The notes beneath the pieces are model-generated. The model ran no database searches, was not told the DNA's origin, and was given only the letters and a program-made list of their open reading frames with translations. From the NCBI RefSeq assembly GCF_009914755.1, contig NC_060932.1: a stretch of 64,000 nt of DNA. One strand, given 5' to 3'. Shown piece after piece: positions 25,831 to 41,660 of this stretch (the first letter of the stretch is position 1; the number at the start of each line of letters is the position of its first letter). Source of the stretch: the human T2T-CHM13v2.0 reference genome, Homo sapiens. Made by a program: the position numbers and the translations under genes.

Positions 25831-27557
25831 TATGAAAAATATCTATTAAAATCTTTATTCAACCCCAAGAGGTAGATTCCCCTTCTGAAGATAAAGTCAC
25901 TGAAACCTACAGAGGGAAAGTAATTGGTTTGAGTTTGCAAATGGTGGATGGAAGTGGTGGAGACAGAATGCAAACCAGTGGAGTCTGGCTCCGAAACCCC
26001 TGGTCTATGCACTCACCATAATACATTGTTTTGAAAACTTTTCGTACCCTTATCTTTTGCTTTTCCACTTGAACATAAACTCTGGGAAGACAGAGGCAAC
26101 TGTATCTTCTACTTCTGGATTTTCTTGTGTGGCCCAATTCAGTATCCTGAGTCTGTGTGGCTAATATTGCTGAAAGGAGAAAATTGATATTAATAAAGCA
26201 CTTAAGAAACAACTGTCAAGAATTATGGCCAGGTACTGAGATAAATTATATTTATATTCAATTGAATATATTTATATTCAATCCTTACTAAAAAACACTT
26301 CAAGAGACAGGTATTATTATTCTTGTTTTACAGATGGTTTACAGTTGTTGCCTAGAGGACAAATCTTTCTTTCCTTGGACTGTACATTCTTCTTGTAGGA
26401 GGCACACAGTAATTGACAGCATGATTTTAAAGCTAGAGTTGATAAGAAATTTGATTCTGCTACTTACATAAGAGTGTGATTTTTGAGTCATTAAACTTCT
26501 CTGAGTCTCATTTGTAAAATGCAAATAGAAAATACAGCCTACATCAATTAATAATTATAGTAAATGAGGAAATACATGTAAAGGTCTATATCGGAATCAC
26601 AGCAGTCTATAAATATTAGCCTTCACTATTATTATTTTTAATATGAATTTCAATAGAGTCAGTTGAAGTGAAAGGATCTTTTTAAAAATTTTAACCTGTC
26701 AGTGTGCTCTTCAGTGTGAGAAACATCCTCTCTTCAATGGAAAAGCTTTAGGGGTCATTTATACAGGTAATTGAATCAGTTTAAACAACTCCACTAGACA
26801 GTGCCTGTCCAAAATAATCATTGTTTCAGTAAAATGGTTGGCAGGACATGGTAGAAGATATTTTTAAAATCTTACTTCCTAACAGAAGTGTTGCCTATAA
26901 GTTTATAGGAAGAGGAAGCTTGCGATGGGCAGACAGAAATCTGTATGCAACAAATATTACTTCTCCAGATAAAGAACTCGACCTTAAAAAGGACAGGGAA
27001 GCCAAATCTATTAAGATTTTATCATCATTTGGTGTTTATACCTCAGAAGTTCAAAATCCCTGGGTGAAGAAAACACCGTAGATATTTTTATCTCATTCTA
27101 CCTTTAGAAACTATGATAAACTACCCTTTAACCAGAAAGATCAGTAAATTGAATATTCTGGTTATAATCACATAATATTTATCATACATCCCAAATTAAT
27201 TAAAAGGTAGAATATTCACATCAAACATTATACCATAAACAATATACATAATATTAAGCTTTCAGTGTGTAAAATGTTTACTTTGATTATTCTGGAAGCA
27301 CTCTAGGTTTTCAGAATGTCCCAGTATTATCATTATGAACCTTAATTGTTAAGATAATATAAATTTCAGCACAAGGTAAGGAATATCTTCTCACAGAGAA
27401 ACAGCAGCTCTACAATGGAATGGGCCATAATGGAATTTCGTGAGTTCCCTTTGCAGGGAGGTTTAAACAAAAGCTGTAGGATTGCTTGCTTAAAAGTTTG
27501 CAAAACAGATGTTAGTATAAGATGAGGAGTACTAGAATTGTTTATAAGAGCTGGTTA

Positions 27558-28283
<726 letters not shown>

Positions 28284-28879
28284 GGGGTTTATAGGAGAAG
28301 CACTGGGGCCCTGGTTAAAGATGAAGAATTCCTCAGGTTCACTCCTGAATATTGATTCAGTAGACCAAGGGAGTTGCATTTTTAATGTGTCTAATAGCTA
28401 GGACTTGCTTTTAGCCAGTGTCAGGTGATCATCATCTTAAGCTAGCTCTATCAAAATGGAGAACATATTGTCCCACATGAATAAACATTTCAAGAATAGG
28501 GTTTTAGGGGTACCTTGATTAAGGTCTGAATACAATAGCTTGGATTCTCTTTTTACATTCCTCCCATCTGCTTTCTAAGTGTGGCCTCCACTTTTCAGTC
28601 CTCTTGTAGCTGGAAGATGCCTTGACCAAGCCCCTATGTTTACAAAGGTTCACATTTAGTGGAGGTGGAGGCAAATCATGTAACAGTTTACCTGTGAAGT
28701 GGAAAGATAGCTCTTAAATGGCAAAAATGGATCTTAAGTGGCAAAACAAATGAGAGATGGGTAAATTTCTACACTGTGGAACCTGAAAGAGCCAATTTAC
28801 ATATACATAAAGTTACCAAATATACAATTACACAAAACTGTAATTCAAAGTTTATTTTAGTAATAAGTAAATAATACTA

Positions 28880-29075
28880 ATAGTGTTTACTTAGTGCTAT
28901 GTGTCAGCCACTAGCTAGAATGCTTCACGTGTATGTTTAATACTCACATTAGGTGCAGTTATGATCACCATTGTTCAGACAAGGAAACAAAGTCGGCCAG
29001 AGGTTATATCCCTTGTCCAAGGTAGAGCCAGTGAGAGCCATGAGGAGGCAGAACTGGGATTCGAGTCTTTGTCTC
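28880..29075 (-). mobile_element. MIR SINE
   Basis: 'gtgctatgtgtcagccact...cagacaaggaaacaaagtc...cttgtccaaggt...ctgggattcgagtc'. Confidence 0.6.
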
Positions 29076-30289
29076 TGGAGTCCTTACTTGTTGATGCTAC
29101 TTTTTGCTGCCTCCTCAACACACACACAGAGGGTCTCAGAGTTATCCATCTCTAGTAGAGCTGAACTCACTCAAATTTCAGTAGTTTTGATGTGACAGTA
29201 ACATCGGGGATGAAATAAAAGTTATGTATTTATTTTAATTATGCACATACACTAGAAAGACCCACTGATCTGACTTTAGTTTGAAAAGTTGTTTTCCAAA
29301 TTTAATATACATGAGTTCACTTTATCTCATAGCACTGACAAAGGGACCCTTCACAAGGTAACTATTAATACTTATTAAGGATGTGTTAATTCAATTCAAT
29401 GTGGGCAAAAGGGGAAAAAAAGGAGTTAAATAATGCTGCTTTATTATTTAAGTCCCTCCTTAAGCTACAAGTCTTATCTAATAATTAGGTCACTTGAAAA
29501 CCTTACCAATCAGCAAACTTAGAAGCCTAACATAAATACTACCCAGCCAGTATTCAGTGTGTATTGTCTTTATTTGATAAAGTATATTTCTTTCACTATT
29601 GATTTGCAGCAAAGGTGTAGGTCTTTCCCTGGAATTTGAGCAGGGTGCTTTGCCCTATTGCTAAGAAAATGCATATAAGTGCCTGAGACAGTTTAGTGGT
29701 CTTTACCAAAAATAGCTTGGCCTTTTGACTCACCCAGGCTGCCAGTAAACTCTGTATTTTTTCCCTCTCTCCACAGATATGCTAAATCTGGTAACATCAC
29801 GTCAGTGCATTCCGAATTGGATGCAACACTGAATTTGTTTTAATTTGGAAATCCTTGTTATCAGTTCATATGTTGAATCAGAGAATATTGCGGCAGGAAC
29901 AGTCTGGCAGATTATTTAGCCCAGCCTCATAGACTTATAGATAACAAAAGAAAATACCAGAGATGTTAAATGACCCACACAAGACCACATTGCTGGTAAG
30001 TGGCAGGCCCAAAATAACTCTGGGCTCCTGGTGCATGAAACAATTTGTTTTCTACCAGAGTCTTAGCAGGAGGTTTCAGGGGTGGGATATAGCCCACCCC
30101 TTCAAAAATAGTTTGGTAGAGTAACACAAGGTATGAATCCTAGATGCTACTGTATTTAGGGAATTTTCATATTGCTATGTAATGCTATAGCAAGAAGGAA
30201 TATTTAAGAATCAAATGGTGCAAAATCCAGGAAAGCAAATAGATATTTTAATGATCAAACTTGGATATAGGTAGCTCTCTTTCTTTTCT

Positions 30290-31905
30290 TTCTGTTTTTT
30301 TTAATTGTGGTAAGAATATTTAATGTGAGATATACCCCCTGAACAAGTTTTTAGAGGTACAGTACAGTATTGTTGACTGCAGGTACAATGTTGCACAGAC
30401 AGTTTCTAGAACTTATTCATCTTGCATAGTTGAAACTTTGCACCTGTTGAACAGCACCTTCTCAGTCCCCTCTCCCAAAACCCCTGGCAACCAGTGTTCT
30501 ACTCTCTGCTTAATTTGACTGTTTTAGATAACTCACATAAAAAAGGATCATGCTGTGTTTGTTCTTGTTTGGCTTATTTCAGTTAGCATAGTGTCCTCAA
30601 GGGTCATCCATGTTGTTACACATGATAGTTTCCTTTGGCTAAGGCTGAATAGTTTTCCATTGTGTGTACATACAACATTTCCTTTATTCACACAACCATG
30701 ATAGAGATTTCTTGGCTATTGTAAATAATGCTACAATAAACATGGGACGGCGCATATCACTTTGAGATCTTGATTTAAATCATTTTGGATAAATACCTAG
30801 AACTAGGATCATTGGATCATATGATAGTTCTATTTTTAATTTTTTGAGGAACGCTCGTTCTGCTTTTTACAGTGGCTACATCATTTTACATTCTCACCAA
30901 CAGTATATAAGAGTTTTAATTTCTCTGCATCTTTGCCAACACTTGTCTTTTTTTAAAAAATAAGAGCTATTCTAAAAGGTGTGAGGTGATATCTCATTGT
31001 GGTTCCGGTTTACATTTATTTGATTATTAGTGACGTTGGGCATCTTTTCATATACCTGTTGGCCATCTATCTGTATGCTTTCTGTGCTAGTCTATTTGTG
31101 TTACCACAGTGAAATACCTGGAACTGGGTAATTTATGAGAAAAGAGGTTTAATCGGCTCATGGTTCTCCAGGCTGTACAGAAAACATGGCACCAGCATCT
31201 GCTCAGCTTCTAGTGAGGCTTCAGGGAGCTTTGGTTCATGGTAGTAGGTAAAGTGGGAGCAGGCGTGTCATGACAAGAGCAGAGCAAGAGAAAGAGTAAG
31301 GATTGGGGGAGGTACCACACTCTAAAACAATCAGCTCTCACGTGAACTATCAGAGTGAGAACTCACTCATTACCACAGGGGTGGCATCAAGCCATTCATG
31401 CGGGATCCACCCCCATGACAAACGCCTCTTTCCAGGCCTACCTCCCACACTGGAGATCACATTTCAACATGAGATTTGAAGAAGACACACATCCAAACCA
31501 TATCACCTTCTTTGGATATATTTCTATTTAAATCCTTTGCCCATTTTAAAATCAGATTTTTGTTTTCCTCAGCTTTTGTTTTGTTTTGCTATTGAATCAC
31601 ATGAGTTCCTTATATACATTTAATAATAACCTCTTACCAAATATATGGTTTACAAATATTTCCTACAATTACTTAGGTCATATTTTCACTCTGTTGATTG
31701 TTTCGTTCCCTGTGCAGAGGCTGTTTAGTTTGATGTGGTTCCACTTGTCTATTCTTGCTTTTGTTACCTGTGCTTTTGATGTCATATCCAATAAATCATT
31801 TTCAAGACCAATGTTTTGAAGCTTTTCCCCTGTGTTTTTTCATAGAAGTTCTAAAGTTTCATATCTTACTTTTACATCTTTAATTCATTTTGAGTTTAGT
31901 TTTGT
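30290..31905 (-). mobile_element. L1MA (about L1MA8/9) 3' portion, split by an MST LTR
   Basis: 'ggtacaatgttgcacag...ctagaacttattcatcttgcat...ggtgtgaggtgatatctcattgtgg...tcaagaccaatgtt'. Confidence 0.85.
31083..31505 (-). mobile_element. MST (MSTB-like) solo LTR
   Basis: 'tgtgctagtc...gaaatacctggaactgggtaatttatgagaaaagaggtttaat...catccaaaccatatca'; TSD CTTTC/CCTTC. Confidence 0.88.
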
Positions 31906-32978
31906 TCACAAATACTTAATAAGCACTTTAATCCTCATGCTGACCCTTGAATTACACTTTACTGTCCTCATTTTTCAATGAGAAACAGATTCAAAGTATT
32001 TATGCCTCAAGTGACATAGCAAAATTGTGATGAAAACAGAGTCTAGACCCAGCTGCAACTGATTCTGAAGGCTATTCTCTACTGACTGCCTTATAAAGAA
32101 ATCTCTTTGTAGGCTGGTCTTTTGCTATAGCTCTTCCTCCATTATTGGTCATGTTTAATAACTGGTGAGTGTTTGGGTGTCTTCTGCATTACTAGAAATT
32201 CACAAGAGTTAAATGGCTGTGTTTCATGGCATGTAAAGTTATATACAGTAGATTAAGGCATGCACCTGGAGCTTCTCAGTTAGAGGGATGTTAAGGGAAA
32301 TGTTTTAGAGAGCAGTAAAATAAAGGTATTAGTGTTAACAAGTGGAAACAACCTGTTCTATTTCATATGATAAAATAAATTCATCTTGTACTCCATTAAG
32401 GTGGCAGCATTGAAAAATAGCACTGGAATGTTCAACATATGATCAATCAAGACCTGGGTTTCAGGCACAAGTTTATCAAATTAAAGTGATGTGATTTTGA
32501 ACAGCAAATTAACCTCAGTATTTTCATCTATAAAATAAAAATTATATTCTTTCTGCTAACTCGCAAGGTTGACTTAAAAATGAAATGAGAAAAAAATATA
32601 AAGATTTTATATTCCTCTAAAATTGGTGTGAATTTAGAAGAAAGAAGTTAAATTTGCCTTTTACCCATGACATATTTCCCAGAGACAGTAAATATTTCAA
32701 TTATTCCCAATGTGGATAAACTTAAACTCTATGTATGAATTTAATAGGAAACATTCATTCTAAGCTTTTCTTCAATTGGCTCTATTCCTATCTAAAGTTG
32801 AGGAAATGGAGTTATTTGGGACATGTATGGTAGAGCCATGAAACCATCACCTTGACCAAATAAAAAGCATGATCACTTAGGCATTTTGCTGAGATAGCGC
32901 ATGAATAGAAGTTCATAAAAGCCAAGTGATTTTTTACCATCTTGTGCATGTGATCTTGTGGTAAAAATTTAAGAACTT

Positions 32979-33324
<346 letters not shown>

Positions 33325-33619
33325 CTAATTAATAGCCCATCGCTATTACAACTAAGATTTTTACTGTGTTAGCATTTATTGGATGCCCCCTATTCTCCAG
33401 GCACTGTGCTAAGTACTCTATGTATATTATCACCTAATTTTCATAAGAACCCCAGGCACAAAGTAATGTTACCAATAGAGACAAATAAATGTGTCCAAGG
33501 TCACACAGTATGAGATATGCAAGGTATAGCTAAGACTATTAAAAAGGTCACATTTATTTATTATAAATACATTCATTTATTTATTTGTTATTAATTTCTA
33601 ATTACTAGGAAGAATGGTG

Positions 33620-35600
<1,981 letters not shown>

Positions 35601-38364
35601 TTAGTGTCATAGTGGAAAAATTTGAGAAAGCGATAAGGAGTAGAAGATTGAAAAGAGAAAGAAAATATCAACTCTGAAGATGGCACAGTAAGGAGAATAA
35701 AAACAAAAGGCTGGTATTTTGGCTGGTGATCAAGAAAATGGTGTTCTGAAGCAAGGGAGGTTAAATTTTGCCTAGATGCTAAATCCCAATAGTGACATTA
35801 TATAAATTGGAGGAGGGTGAAGGAGAAGAGAAGCTTCATGATTTAGCTACTGCCTAGCAAGAAACCCTGTCTCTGGCCATAACTGTCACATGGGGAGGGG
35901 AGCCAGTAGTGATGCAAAGTAATGGGCCAAGCACCATGATGCAACTTTGTGGCAGCAGTGATGTGGCAACTATAATAGGCTTATAAAAGTGCATGCTCAA
36001 TAAAAACTTGGTAATTAGACAGTGCTACTTGATTAGTAGGCCCTCCAAGGCTTATGGATTCATTGAATTTCCCTGATATCAAACCTGGTTCTCGATTCCA
36101 CTTTTACCAGACACCAGCCAAAACAGTAAAACAAACAAACAAACAAAAAACCCCCAGTAATTCTAAAAGTAAAAGTTAGCAATATATTGTAGGTATTTAT
36201 TTACAAATTTCAAGTATGAATCAGAGAGAACCACTTTCAGCTTTAAAAATATAAACTCAAAAAGAATAATCTGTAATTCCTCTATAGTCTTAAAGTTTAT
36301 GATTTACAATATGTGATACCACAGCCTGACTAGCTGAGCTTTGGCAATCAAAAATCAAAACCATATTCAATTTGTCAATTACTTTCATGTTAGAATTTAG
36401 CCCCCCATTCACAAATATGAGCTTAGCTCTATTTCTGTGTCTTAAAAACCAAGGCTTATCATGAAATTGGGCTTATATTTATGCATTGCCTAGAAAGCAA
36501 TCTGTCTAGTTAGTTTACAGTCCTACTTCATAAACATCAATACTCAATTACATATTTGCCATAATTGTATATGTGTGTATATAATTTTTAGTGTATACAT
36601 TTGTATACTTTATGAGTTATATATTGTTATTTCTATGGATAACTTTCATTTAAAATATGCTTCAAAAGTGTAATAGAAAAATATTTAGAAAATAGTAGTA
36701 GTATTAATAAAACATCATAAATGTGGTAGTATAGTTTCTTGAAATGTTTTTATCACACTAATACCACTTAATTTAAACATTCCCTAATGAAATATATAAA
36801 AACACGTTTGGATTATTAAAAGCTAGGTTTCATTTTACTAGAAGAAACTTTAAAATTTTTAAATTCTATGAATGAATGAATTATTCTTCCATTAAAGTGT
36901 TAAATAATATTTGCCCTCAAAAGAAATTGAACAACTCTGGATTCGGGGCCAGGACCCAACTGTTAAAACATATTACAACCAATTACTTAATGAACTAGAA
37001 TAAGTAGGATAATCTAGGCCAAATTTTCTGAATGATGGCATTTCATTTACAATACTTGGGTGTTCTATTCCAATGACTAAATGCCTTCTAGCCACTACAA
37101 GTTCATATATGGTCAATTAAATTGTTTTACAAAAGAATCTAATTAGAAGGATGAGTAGGGTTTACCCAGGCTAGCTAGAAAACAGGATTGCATGGTTCTT
37201 GGGAAAAGCTTTGCTAAAATAGGTGATCAAAAGGTATTACCTGCATAGCATATATCACTGAAGACAGCTGGGAGCATAATTTCAAATCTTGGGTTTTTGA
37301 AATAATCTAAACCTGACTTTATTTCCTACTCTGCCTGTTGGTAACTGAGTAACCTTGGACAAATTAGGGTAGGAGAATTCTTTACGTAATCATATTTAAG
37401 TTTTTTCTCCATTGGCTTAGTTCCAATTGAACTTGCACTTTAGAAAGAGAAATATTCTGGCTGAATATCATAACTAGTTTTGAAATGCATGTGTAACTAT
37501 TTAGGAACAGAAAGGTATGGGTAAATATTTAGGAGAAACTCTTTGCATTGCCAATTTTTAAAAATGTGACAGTTATAACAGACATGTATAAGTCTTTATT
37601 TGACTATGTTTTTCAACTACTTTTCATACATCTTTTATGTCAGAGAAATTTAAGAGTGTACTCAATAAGAAAGCTGTATTTCAATCTGATTTGAAGATGC
37701 AATGTCAGAAACTATGTGGATGGAAATCGTCTGCAAAATGAAGTATACTTTATGCCAAGTTCTAGTTTGCCGGTTTTTAGGTTCTGCTGAAGTAGTTGGT
37801 TTGGCCCCCAAATGGCATGATTGTTTAGAAAAGTTAAGAAGATGGACATCTATTTTTGATGTAGTCTTGAAAAGTGAACACTTTCTGATGTCATCATCAC
37901 AAAATGATTTCAGCATAAACAGAAGAAGGCTGTGGTAGACATCACTAAGTTGCAGGTAGAAGAAAAGTTGAGTTATGTAAAGTTGGGTAGTTCAAGCATT
38001 TGATTGGCATGGGGCTCAGAGGATGAATTAATGGGATGGGCCCCTTCTAGAAGGATGCTTGGAAAGCAGAGTGGAATTATGAAAGGATTACAAGCTTCAT
38101 AGTAAGAGAGATCTGATCCCACTTCCTGTTTGATTTTGGTTGCACCGCTTAACCCATAACCTTATCTCTAAAATTGGAATAATTATACCAGCAGATTTCC
38201 CAGATTCTCTTGATTTTTACATCTTACTACACATGGAAAAGTATAATATTTGCTTTGCACATTGACGCAAGTTGATAAGGTCCAGAGAAAACTAGTTTGG
38301 GGCCCCCAACTATACTAAATTGCCTAGCCTCTTGAAGGGCTCAATATCCCAGTGCATTTATACC

Positions 38365-38471
38365 TAGAAGGACCATACAGTTGATTATGCAGACAACTTT
38401 TAAAGAGAAATTGGGAATAGAAATAATAACCCTAGGACTTACTGGGAAAACCAGGACATATGCTTAACCTA
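38365..38471. mobile_element. MER94-like hAT-Blackjack MITE
   Basis: 'agaaggaccatacagttgattat...acttttaaagaga...gggaaaaccaggacatatgcttaacct' resembles MER94 (AGGGTGACCATA...GGGCAAACCGGGACGTATGGTCACCCT) as I recall it. Confidence 0.55.
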
Positions 38472-38904
38472 ACTATAACCCATCCAGAACAAGTAGCATA
38501 CTTTTGGAGAAGCTCTAGGCTCAACCAATGCTTTTCATAGTAAGCAATCAAAATTGATAGCTATTATTATTTACAGAAAAATCTAAATGTGGAGACCTGC
38601 TTTGACCCCTGGGGAAATAGTTTCCTCCAAATTAGTTATTACTAGTTGAGCGTGGATCCCAACCATCTATTTTAGCTATTCCAACTATCAGGTCAAGGGG
38701 AAAAAATAACCTAATAACAATGATCCTGGGAATCACATGCCATTATTTCTAGTGTCATAGACTTGTGTTACTTCACTTTCAATCTTCTCCTTTTTTCCTA
38801 AGTGGCTAAGAGCTGCCCCTGAGAGAAGCCCATGATTCAGGAACAGTCTTTCTGACGCCATTGTTTATTTTTCTCTCCTCATAATGGCTATATGCTATTA
38901 ATTC

Positions 38905-39560
38905 TCATGCTACCCAGCCCAGGTCTCTCCCTTGAACTCCGCATTGATATTCTCAATTCTTGATTGATATATTCAAGCATATATATCACCAAATATATGC
39001 TTGAATATATCAATCAAGAATTGAGAATATCAATGCAGAGATATATATATATCTCCAGATATCCAACCCATCTTCAAACTCTACATAGCCAAGTGAGCAT
39101 TGTATATCTCATGCTTCACCCACACCAGGCAACATTTTTCTAATCTGTTTCTAACTTGTAGTAGGTCACCCAATTGCTCACCTGGGAGTAATCCTAGATT
39201 CCTCTATTTCTTATACTTTTGCTTTCAAACTCAAACCCAGGCCATTGACTCTTCCTCCAAAATAGCTTTCAAGAGATTATTCTCTGTATATTCCTACTGC
39301 CTGAATGTTTCCTATCATCTTTCACCTCTTTGCTAAAAATGATCCTATTTATTGGTCTTTATACTACTAGTTCTCTGGCACCTTTTGCTGCCTACAAACT
39401 TTTATTATTCTAACATGCAGGTATGATCATGTTATTTCCATGCTCAAAATCCGTCAATGACATCTGCTAAAGGATAAAATCTAAAATATTTTTTCATCAC
39501 ATAAAAAGATCCTTGGGTTCAGGTCTTTTAAGTGTCCAGCTTAATTTCACTCAATTCCTT
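38905..39560 (+). mobile_element. L2 LINE remnant carrying an inverted duplication
   Basis: 'ccagcccaggtctctcccttgaactcc...catcttcaaactctacatagccaa...tgatcatgttatttccatgctcaaaatcc...ggataaaatctaaa'. Confidence 0.65.
38941..39036. repeat. Perfect 44-bp inverted repeat with 8-nt spacer
   Basis: GCATTGATATTCTCAATTCTTGATTGATATATTCAAGCATATAT (38941-38984), ATCACCAA, then the exact reverse complement (38993-39036). Confidence 0.99.
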
Positions 39561-40539
39561 TCCACATTGCACAATATCACCACCTCTGTGCTGTGTCAAA
39601 TATTCTCAACCTTTTGAAAGAGAAATTGGGAATAGAAATAATAACCCTAGGATTTACTGAGCAAACCATGACATATACTCAACCTAACTCTAACCCATTG
39701 AGAGCAGGAATAAACCTCTTATTTTAATCACAGTCACATTGCTATAACCAGTTCTGTATTGAATTCAACAAGCTTCACTCAGGTACATTCTGAAAATGCC
39801 TCAGTTTGTCCTCAAGCTACACAGTTTTTCTTTCCCCAGGGCTTCTCTGTCATCAAAGCATGGTGCACGCTGAGGAAGCCTCTCACTATCACAAGTGGGC
39901 AGCCTGAAATGGTAGGATGTTCATATGCATGGGACGACCTTGATGTGTGGGAGACAGAATCCTGGACCAATAGTTCAGAGATGTTTTATGAACCTTCACT
40001 GATCCATGTGATTACTTCCCAAATAAATTACCTTTATGTAATCCTTGACTAAGGCCCAATTTTCAAAGAAATGTGAAAAACTAGTTTCTAAAGAGTGTTA
40101 ATATAAAACAGACCTCTGTGATGGGATTTTAAAGCTAGATTACTCATAGATCAGAAAGGGCTAAAATTTTATCACTTGTGGAAATTTGGTGGTGATAATC
40201 TTTGGCATGCAGTAACATATAAAGGCTATCACATGGGGTGGATTGTGATGAGGTGCAGGTAGAAGGAAAGCTGAGTTATATAAAGTAGTTGGGTAGCTCA
40301 AGCATTTTATTGGCATGGGGATCTCTTAATCACAAGGATTCCTATTCATATAACAGCTCTGTCCACTAGGAGGATTTTCCCCACCATTCTCATTTAGGAA
40401 TATCCCTCACTGGGTCTGTGGTGTGCAGCAGTGCTTTTAAAGCTATCATCAGTATCCTATGTGAACACTAAAACATTCATTAATGTGACAGTGCCCTAAA
40501 TCTTTGTGGAGTTCATTTTCTACCCTCTGTCTCTGACTC

Positions 40540-40920
40540 AGATGTCTCTTACTGGGTATTTATATTTCTGGCTTCTTTATGCTCACAGGGTCCAGGTGCT
40601 CAGGAGGGAATGTTGTGATGAATCAGACTAATGGTGTAAGTGGACCTGAGTAGTGTGAGAATAGGAAGTATTGGAAACTTCAAGTTTTCTTGCTCCACTT
40701 ATGAGACACATATCATAAACTTCCACAAGCTCTTAGGCTCAAACAACCATTGCCTGTGTCAGGGATCAAATTAATAATGCAACCTTGTTTTGTCTTACTT
40801 TCCTTTCCTGTTTCATTTTCCCCTGTTCATCTCTTCTGCTTTCTGAAATCACTTTCTAAATAAACTACCTTCACTATAAATTTGTCCCTGAAACTGTTTT
40901 GTGGGAAACACTCACTAAGA
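40540..40920 (+). mobile_element. Old ERVL-type LTR remnant (LTR33-like)
   Basis: 3' end 'ctttctgaaatcactttctaaataaactacctt...ctgttttgtgggaaacactcactaaga'. Confidence 0.45.
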
Positions 40921-41259
40921 ATCTATTTTAAATACCATTACCAAAATACTTACAGCACTTAACAAAGGGGCTGACACATGGTATGGTCCCAATAGCTGTT
41001 GGTGTAATTAATATTGGTCTCTGTAAATGCCATGTTCTTTCTGGATCCTGGGCCCTGTCTGGATCTTTGCCCAGGATTTTCATCTGTCCCAAATGCCTCC
41101 ATCCAGATATTCCCTGGATATTCCTACTGCATGGATATTGCCTATCATCATCTTTACCCATTTTTTTTTATCTCCATCAGATGTATCACCTGTATAACTC
41201 CTGTTCGTTTTTCAACTAATTTGCATCTCCACTGGGTAAATTCTCCTGAGTTCTTATAG

Positions 41260-41660
41260 GAAATATAAGGTAATTTGTTCACAAAAAAATCCCTGATTTC
41301 TGGAAATATTGCAAGAGGATATTTTCTAATCATAATTTTATGTAACTAGGTCAATATGACTGAGTTCTAGCCAGGCAAATGTAGGCAGTGGTGATATAAA
41401 CAATGTATAAAACTCTAGTCTTAAAACTGTATACAGAATTTTCCATTCTTCCTCTAGTTATACCTATGCAAGCTGGAAGTGGAGGACTCAAAGATGGCAA
41501 AACTATAAGCTGGAAACAGCTGTTTACTGGTTCATGACTTGGAAAACAGTTCCCTAGGAATATCGCCAAACCACGTTAGACTGAAAAACTTTGTGTTAAG
41601 TCACTGAGATATCAGGCTTTATTTCTACTTTGATATAGCCTGGCATACCATAACTAATAA
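41260..41660 (+). mobile_element. Old MaLR LTR (MLT1I/J-like)
   Basis: 'tatgactgagttctagcc...aagatggc...aaactttgtgttaagtcactgagat...tagcctggcataccataactaata'. Confidence 0.5.

Noticed and set aside
26848-27081. 77-aa ORF in unique DNA
   Set aside because: No recognisable homology or splice context; length expected by chance
37662-37938. Overlapping ORFs on both strands (84 and 78 aa)
   Set aside because: No recognisable protein similarity
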